The translations under genes and the position numbers were made by a program. From Acutalibacteraceae bacterium (GTDB lineage Bacteria > Bacillota > Clostridia > Oscillospirales > Acutalibacteraceae), in assembly GCA_045126895.1 (NCBI GenBank), contig JBGVPE010000020.1, positions 60,306 to 124,305 on the forward strand: a stretch of 64,000 nucleotides of DNA. Direction: 5' to 3'. The notes below the pieces were generated by a model. That model saw only the letters and a list, made by a program, of their open reading frames with translations, was not told the origin of the DNA and made no database searches. Of this stretch, positions 59,601 through 64,000 are shown piece after piece (positions within the stretch are counted from its first letter, which is position 1; every line of letters starts with the position of its first letter).

Positions 59601-60706
59601 GATGCGAAGAATGTGTCACCTGTCTGAGCGAGAACTTCTCTACCGAATTTGATGATGTTAGGAACGATCTGGCTGTTTGGACCTGTTGACCAGTCAAAGC
59701 CGAGTTCATCAGAGATGACAACATTAACGATTGATGCGATAATGTTGTTAAGCTCACCCATGAATGTTACACCATCAGTGAATGTGTAATTCTGGAATGT
59801 AAAGTTACATGTACCCTCAGCTGTAAGGTTAAAGAACTTAGTATAACCTTCGATTGCGTCAGCATTATCAGCGAGCATATCATTGATAGCGCCGAGCCAT
59901 TTCTCATTAGCCATTGGAACGAGTAATTCGTTGTAAAGTACTTTAAGAAGGTTATCTACGAAGTCATAAGTTGAACCCTTTGAAATGTTTGTGTAACCTT
60001 CAAGTGCAGGAACTAAGCCTTCAACAAATGTTCCGTCTGCATCAACATAACCAACAACAAACTTGTCGATAAGATGCTGAGCCATATCGTCTACAGTTTC
60101 TGTGATTGTTTCAGGAGCGTCTTTTTCGTAAACAAGGTCATAAAGTAAACCTTTAACAAGCGGTGTTACGTCAAGAGGACCGCCAAGAAGGCCTTCAAGA
60201 AGAGGACCAACAAGTGAACCTAAGTCGATTGAACCGTCGATTACGCCTGTGAAGATACCTTTGTTGTCATAAAGGAACTCGAGCAAAGCATAAATTACCT
60301 GAAGGTCAGCGTCTGCTGTTTTTGCTGATCTACGTGGTTTTTCAAGTGCTGAAGCGTCTAATTTTGAAAGGTCGCCAAGCATTGGTCCGAACTGGTTCCA
60401 AAGGCTGCCTTTCAACAATTCCTGAACACTGTCAAGAGCTTTGTCGATTGATCTAAGGTCGAGATTACCAACAAAGATGTCGTCCGCTGTCAACATGATC
60501 TGTTCTTCGTTGAGCATACGGTCAACTTCGTCCAATGCTGCAGAAGCATACTGCTCTGTGGTAAGAACCGGCTTATCCATGCCATCATACTGGCCTGCGA
60601 TAGCTTCGTCTTTCCATGGTGCGTATGCACTTGCTGCGATTGCAACTGTTGAGAAAACCATTACTACTGCAAGAAGAACGCTGAGTAATTTTTTGGACTG
60701 TCTCAT
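56696..60706 (-). CDS. Large secreted dockerin-bearing protein of unknown function (P1, 1336 aa)
   Basis: Start at ATG 60706 behind GGAGG (MRQSKKLLSVLLAVVMVFSTVAIAASAYA); the track start is 60787. About 700 aa of unassigned, mostly helical domain, then beta-rich modules and FIVAR-like helices (YNEDDYTEDSWNNYSRAIAFA). C-terminal dockerin GDLNGDGTVNASDSTVLNKVAAGL...ADMDNSAIVNASDATALDKVAAGL. Confidence 0.7.
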   Translation of the reverse strand: MRQSKKLLSVLLAVVMVFSTVAIAASAYAPWKDEAIAGQYDGMDKPVLTTEQYASAALDEVDRMLNEEQIMLTADDIFVGNLDLRSIDKALDSVQELLKGSLWNQFGPMLGDLSKLDASALEKPRRSAKTADADLQVIYALLEFLYDNKGIFTGVIDGSIDLGSLVGPLLEGLLGGPLDVTPLVKGLLYDLVYEKDAPETITETVDDMAQHLIDKFVVGYVDADGTFVEGLVPALEGYTNISKGSTYDFVDNLLKVLYNELLVPMANEKWLGAINDMLADNADAIEGYTKFFNLTAEGTCNFTFQNYTFTDGVTFMGELNNIIASIVNVVISDELGFDWSTGPNSQIVPNIIKFGREVLAQTGDTFFASFVEVKTAEELAAMTDMQVVSYVARAIINSSVDGVWIPESADTLVEVANYTVKGIVAIDLPGRDYSDLSVYPNDSVDTIYNVLADYAAEALNDLFDIGIEYGTSIDDVLTQIANWAIPKYAGLLSGINLSTSDSGWKNIDKILFTIFNRNWFDASLFPSGTVNFEELIKKVIFENLLSLNFDGLISILTTEVEGSELQKPIKQVILNLLPRTINIVFPNLLATNMTTLEDIIKKENLAGTVNALFTDLYSYRVTLAAAVLPIVCPILDLTNPQEFEAPEFTLDSFYYISTAPNFQVTITNPSSGINTGYTDASGFHQDSRYAIKINSVKSSVSTVTVSTPAQTTLDGGESTTFTVGGSFTGTQPIVFTINYDVLVEDGSKLTSQPLDARIYSCLSKTDTDEAKTAAKSASGVAASIVDGNMNLYRTDISGLDDLSSRVKNNNEMDENNPNAGAVTVKPYAITTTATSIGKLSFMEANTEEVEIKAGFQADIEPFKFKEAYGEYTEEQLEAAKLEAFSANGFKRYYQNIGVTVGTTNLTYQGNICLYDDFGLPGLFNSEVNAQRQAYDYTDSAAWTAYLAAMDAASALINGKRTAATFCNATSGDAKKFKTVSESLEAAIETLEASAAGGGAQSTYDLLESISPSNEEGVEYDAPNFNYFGKDDYVAYTYENYRSARNDANGLVESAKIYKTVINEETGEEEIVDYEDFTYGPVDSLSVAYTNHRLSLYAGRLVKTPSLKTNLNIAVANANAAGYNEDDYTEDSWNNYSRAIAFATSVNNEEAPRQTKINEAYVQLIEAQKRLMKGEGGSGSGSGDEVVVEIAGANPGDNGYSLVVEETTFGKLLLGAFPGDVVADVAEYFNITGDATVECDAIATGSTITISDANGNVIDEYVIVITGDLNGDGTVNASDSTVLNKVAAGLAEFSATADSAFDFAADMDNSAIVNASDATALDKVAAGLAEINYADRG

Positions 60707-60978
60707 TATAAATGCACCTCCATAATATTTGCATTTTAAAAATGCAGTTTGCACATTAGCGGTTGTGCCTACCGAATTGGCAACCACTGTCGTCGCCGAG
60801 CCGATTGAGCGCCGTCAAGGCCACGCCTTGATGCTCAATCATCAATCGGCGATGGCTGCCGTTCTCTGCTCCGCGGCAGTGATATCAAACCATTCCCGCG
60901 AGAGCGGAGTTCTGGTGTTACGGTTTTATGCACAACAGCTGAGAATGCGCACGTACCCTATTACACCATTACTATGGT
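60707..60978 (-). promoter_or_regulatory. Long (~270 nt) GC-rich structured 5' leader of the P1 operon (unclassified cis-regulatory RNA candidate)
   Basis: It lies between a consensus-like promoter and the P1 start. By hand count, 60761-60960 is 56% GC against 29% for 61021-61120. There are at least five stable hairpins. Two helices have G-U pairs on the minus strand that would be A-C mismatches on the plus strand. Confidence 0.55.
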
Positions 60979-60984
60979 TAGTAT

Positions 60985-61013
60985 AAATATAACCCACCTT
61001 TTATGTTTTGTCA
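60985..61013 (-). promoter_or_regulatory. Sigma-A promoter of the cohesin/dockerin cluster
   Basis: Minus strand reads TTGACA (61008-61013), 17 nt, TATATT (60985-60990). Confidence 0.65.
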
Positions 61014-61288
61014 ATAAATTTTCATCAATTAAATTCGCGTTTTTATCAACTTTGTGCATAATACACATAATGCACATTGAGTTTTTGTAAACACCGATTT
61101 TATTATCTTTCACAACATGTGTAAAGGTATTTTCTTTACCTCCATAAACAATCAAAATTTCGGTAAAGTCTTATTGCTTTACAGACTCATTTTCGTATAC
61201 ATTTATAATATATAGAGTGTCAGATACACATATATTTGCTATAATTTTGTAACTTTAGCGCCAAAATATATAAAATATGGTAAAAACG

Positions 61289-61317
61289 CTTGATTTTCAG
61301 TTTGATTTCAACTATAA
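61289..61317 (+). promoter_or_regulatory. Sigma-A promoter of the BMP-family lipoprotein gene
   Basis: TTGATT, 17 nt, TATAAT. It lies 35 nt upstream of ATG 61353 (RBS GGGAGG). Confidence 0.6.
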
Positions 61318-61352
61318 TTTATTTGTATTTATTCTATGGGAGGTAAGATGGT

Positions 61353-62378
61353 ATGAATCTTACAAAGAAAATTACAGCAATTTTACTTGTTTTAGCTATG
61401 TTATTTGCTTTTTCATCCTGTATGGGTATTGAAGAAGATGAAACAGGAGAGCTTGATATCGGCACAATCAACATCGGTATCATCTACAACGGTGATATGG
61501 AAGAAGAAGGCACACTTGCTAACAAGCACTTCGCCGCTTTCCAGACTGCTTTTGATTTAGCAGGTGCAGGCGGAAGCCAGATTAACCAGCGTGACGGTGT
61601 AACACCCGGCGATGCTGAAGCTATGGACAAAACAATGAACGACCTTCTCTCAAGAGGATGCCGTCTTATCATCACAACAGATGCAGGTTATTATGACGGT
61701 GCATTGAAGTTTGCTAAAGAAAACCCATCAGTTTTCTTTGTTGCTATGACTGAATATGGTTCAGCCGCTCAGGAAATGTCAAACTTTGCTACATTTGATA
61801 TCAGAACCTTTGAAACAGAGTACCTCGAGGGTATGATGGCTGCAGCTTCATCTGCAAACGGTAAAATCGGTTATGTTGCAGCAACAGAAAACGCTACTGA
61901 AGTAAATGCATTTGCAAACGGTGCTAAGAGCATTAACCCAAATGCAACAATCTCTCTTGTAGTTACTGATGATGTTAAGGCCGGTATTGATAAAATTACC
62001 GCTACAGGATGCGACACAGTTTATTCTATGAACTATGAAGTTGACGAAGAAGGCAACAGATTCTTCAACGTTCCTGAATCAGTTAAGTATGATATGTGCG
62101 TTAACACTCTTGGTGATAACGGCAAATTCATCTCTGCCTCATGCCTTAACCTTGACAGACTTTATACCGAAATCATCACTGACACTGTTAATGAGAAATT
62201 TGAAGACATCAAGTTATTCTCAGCAGGTGTTAAAGAAGGTGTAGTTGATGTCAGACCTGCAGAAGATGCAGCATTACAGGCAAAAGTAAACGCTGAAAAA
62301 GATAAGCTTTTTGCAGGAACAAGCAATATCAATAAATTAGTATCAACAAGCATTGTACTTTACACATTAGTTAAATAA
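61353..62378 (+). CDS. BMP-family (PnrA/Med-like) substrate-binding lipoprotein
   Basis: Lipobox-like LFAFSSC, and periplasmic-binding-protein type I fold pattern (INIGIIYNG..., RGCRLIITTD, IGYVAA). The family call is moderate. Confidence 0.55.
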   Translation: MNLTKKITAILLVLAMLFAFSSCMGIEEDETGELDIGTINIGIIYNGDMEEEGTLANKHFAAFQTAFDLAGAGGSQINQRDGVTPGDAEAMDKTMNDLLSRGCRLIITTDAGYYDGALKFAKENPSVFFVAMTEYGSAAQEMSNFATFDIRTFETEYLEGMMAAASSANGKIGYVAATENATEVNAFANGAKSINPNATISLVVTDDVKAGIDKITATGCDTVYSMNYEVDEEGNRFFNVPESVKYDMCVNTLGDNGKFISASCLNLDRLYTEIITDTVNEKFEDIKLFSAGVKEGVVDVRPAEDAALQAKVNAEKDKLFAGTSNINKLVSTSIVLYTLVK

Positions 62379-62428
62379 TCAAAAAGTCCCGAAAGGGACT
62401 TTTTTGATATAGTTTCGGAGGAATAGCT

Positions 62429-63670
62429 ATGAATTCAAGATATGAATATGCAAAAGAGCTTTATGCTAAAATAGGTATTGATACAGAAGCAGTTTTAGAG
62501 AAACTTGCAAATGTACCTGTTTCAATTCATTGTTGGCAAGGTGATGATATTGCCGGTTTTGAGAGCAACACCGCTTTAAGCGGCGGTATTATGACAACAG
62601 GCAATTACCCAGGTAAAGCAAGAAACGCTGAAGAGCTTATGGCTGATATTGAAAAAGTATTATCATTAGTACCGGGTAAACACAAAATCAATCTTCACGC
62701 GATTTATGCAATATCTGATACACCTGTCAGCCGTGATAAATTAGAGCCTGAGCATTTTGACAAATGGATTGACTTTGCAAAGAAAAACGGTATCGGCCTT
62801 GATATCAACCCTACCCTTTTCTCACATCCGATGGCAGCTGACGGTCTTACCTTATCTCATCCTGATGAAAAAGTACGCAGATTCTGGATTGACCACTGTA
62901 AAGCAATCAGAAAAATCGGCGCATATATAGGCAAAGAGCTTGGTATCACTTGTGTAAACAACATCTGGATACCTGACGGATACAAAGAAATCCCTGCGGA
63001 CAGATTCGGTCCTCGTCAAAGACTTAAGGAATCACTTGATGAGATTCTCAGTGTTAAGTACGACAAACAGTACCTTATAGATACTGTTGAATCAAAGGTT
63101 TTTGGCATTGGTGTTGAAGCATACACTGTCGGCTCACATGAATTCTATATGAATTATGCTGCTAAAAATGATTGCCTTTGCTTACTTGATAACGGGCACT
63201 ATCATCCTACAGAGGTTGTAAGCGATAAAATCCCTTCAATGCTTCTTTTCGCTGATAAAGTTGCACTTCATGTTACAAGAGGAATCAGATGGGATAGCGA
63301 CCACGTTGTTATTTTTGATGATGAGCTTAAAGAAATTGCAAAAGAAATTGTCCGTTGCGATGCTCTTGATAAGGTTATTATAGGCCTTGACTATTTTGAT
63401 GCATCAATAAACCGTGTTGCAGCATGGGTTGTCGGTACCCGTAATATGAGAAAAGCTTTACTTTTTGCAATGCTTCTTCCTCATGATGAGCTTAAAAAGT
63501 GTCAGGATAGCGGCAACTTCACAAAAATGCTTGCATTGAGTGAAGAATATAAATTCTACCCTTTTGCAGATGTTTGGGATGAGCTTTGTGCAAGAGAAAA
63601 CACACCTCAGGGTGACAGCTGGTATTCTGTTGTTGAGGAATACGAAAAAGAAGTTCTTTCTAAGAGATAA
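62429..63670 (+). CDS. rhaA: L-rhamnose isomerase
   Basis: [34 protein letters not shown] and RWDSDHVV blocks. 413 aa. Confidence 0.9.
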   Translation: MNSRYEYAKELYAKIGIDTEAVLEKLANVPVSIHCWQGDDIAGFESNTALSGGIMTTGNYPGKARNAEELMADIEKVLSLVPGKHKINLHAIYAISDTPVSRDKLEPEHFDKWIDFAKKNGIGLDINPTLFSHPMAADGLTLSHPDEKVRRFWIDHCKAIRKIGAYIGKELGITCVNNIWIPDGYKEIPADRFGPRQRLKESLDEILSVKYDKQYLIDTVESKVFGIGVEAYTVGSHEFYMNYAAKNDCLCLLDNGHYHPTEVVSDKIPSMLLFADKVALHVTRGIRWDSDHVVIFDDELKEIAKEIVRCDALDKVIIGLDYFDASINRVAAWVVGTRNMRKALLFAMLLPHDELKKCQDSGNFTKMLALSEEYKFYPFADVWDELCARENTPQGDSWYSVVEEYEKEVLSKR

Positions 63671-63681
63671 AACTATAAAAG

Positions 63682-63715
63682 AAAACCTCGGTTCAGTGAA
63701 CCGAGGTTTTTATTT
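63682..63715. terminator. Bidirectional terminator between the convergent rhaA and GH78 genes
   Basis: AACCTCGG-ttcagtga-ACCGAGGTT followed by TTTTATTTT. Confidence 0.8.
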
Positions 63716-63721
63716 TGCTGT

Positions 63722-64000
63722 TTATTTGATATATTCGTATTCGCCGCCTGAAACTTCATAAGTTTCATCACCGATAATAATTGTGGCTGTTGCACCTTCA
63801 GGGATCCGGATATTATAAGTAACCTTATCACCATTGTATTCCCATGAAGATTTAACCAAACCATTCCTTGTTTCAAGTGAGGTTTTAACCCAATTGATTC
63901 TCTTGTCAGGCACAGGCTTAACTATTATATGTTTATATGCAGGTTTGTTTTCATCATAGTTAATACCACCCATAACGCCATACATCCAGCTTGCAACTGC
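63722..64000 (-). CDS. GH78 alpha-L-rhamnosidase, C-terminal fragment (N-terminus beyond the window end)
   Basis: The frame is open to base 64000. The C-terminal beta-sandwich pattern ...YKHIIVKPVPDKRINWVKTSLETRNGLVKSSWEYNGDKVTYNIRIPEGATATI is typical of bacterial rhamnosidase C-termini. It lies next to rhaA. Confidence 0.65.
   Translation of the reverse strand, partial: AVASWMYGVMGGINYDENKPAYKHIIVKPVPDKRINWVKTSLETRNGLVKSSWEYNGDKVTYNIRIPEGATATIIIGDETYEVSGGEYEYIK

Noticed and set aside
60707-60978. Assignment of the leader to a known riboswitch class (TPP, cobalamin, c-di-GMP-I/II or T-box)
   Set aside because: There are only fragmentary resemblances.
- TPP: CTGAGA...ACCC occurs on the plus strand, which is the wrong strand, and there is no ACCTGATCTGG...GCCAGCG half.
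- Cobalamin: GGGAAUGGUUUGAUAUC only loosely resembles the GGGAA..GGUG.AA.UCC core, and there is no B12 box.
- c-di-GMP: GUAGGCACAACCGC loosely resembles the 3' part of c-di-GMP-II, but the rest of the consensus is absent.
- T-box: no T-box sequence is present.

I left it unclassified.
60729-60986. 85-aa + strand ORF spanning the GC-rich intergenic block
   Set aside because: It has no RBS, and the region is better explained as structured RNA. The G-U versus A-C asymmetry in the helices indicates that the minus strand is the functional one.
60961-61155. 64-aa minus-strand ORF upstream of P1
   Set aside because: It has a TTG start with no convincing RBS, its composition is AT-driven, and it overlaps the predicted TTGACA/TATATT promoter.

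Overview
This is a chromosomal segment of a low-GC, spore-forming Bacillota (class Clostridia). Cohesin/dockerin genes together with spoIIR, sleC-like and gerA-like genes suggest an Oscillospiraceae/Ruminococcus-like organism. I support about 50 protein genes, one tRNA-Leu, several promoters, terminators and operator-like palindromes, and one long structured leader RNA. All family calls rest on motif recognition by eye, because no HMM or BLAST could be run.

Content by region:
- 1-2.7 kb: an MBOAT + DHHW O-acylation pair.
- 2.9-14.7 kb: a glycan-utilisation patchwork of SGNH esterase, sugar-phosphate isomerase, LacZ-type GH2, GH27, a second GH2, a stand-alone E2-type acyltransferase domain and an NPP-like protein, interrupted by spoIIR and a WYL regulator.
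- 14.8-15.6 kb: tRNA-Leu followed by a tiny two-gene module.
- 15.6-22 kb: a CLC channel, ceramidase-like amidase and DegT aminotransferase operon bracketed by inverted metallophosphoesterase paralogs.
- 22-26.4 kb: an orphan Na+-decarboxylase beta/gamma pair, GH36 and an esterase.
- 26.4-40.7 kb: a housekeeping block, mnmA-nifU-nifS, an M20 peptidase, and polC-ispG-rseP-dxr-uppS-frr-pyrH.
- 40.9-45.7 kb: a compact 4-gene exopolysaccharide locus with a fused Wzz/BY-kinase.
- 45.8-49.3 kb: a germination mini-locus with a split SleC-like cortex lytic enzyme and an orphan GerA-family protein.
- 49.3-51.4 kb: GH89.
- 51.5-61 kb: a four-gene cohesin/dockerin cluster behind a strong promoter and a ~270-nt GC-rich structured leader.
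- 61.3-64 kb: a BMP-family lipoprotein, rhaA and a GH78 fragment.

Most interesting candidates:
- The enzyme-free cohesin/dockerin surface-assembly cluster.
- Its unclassified structured 5' leader.
- A PolC that lacks the 3'-5' exonuclease insert at the canonical polC locus.
- The split SleC.
- The metallophosphoesterase/ceramidase-like/aminotransferase cluster.
- A tRNA-adjacent small-protein plus cationic-peptide module.
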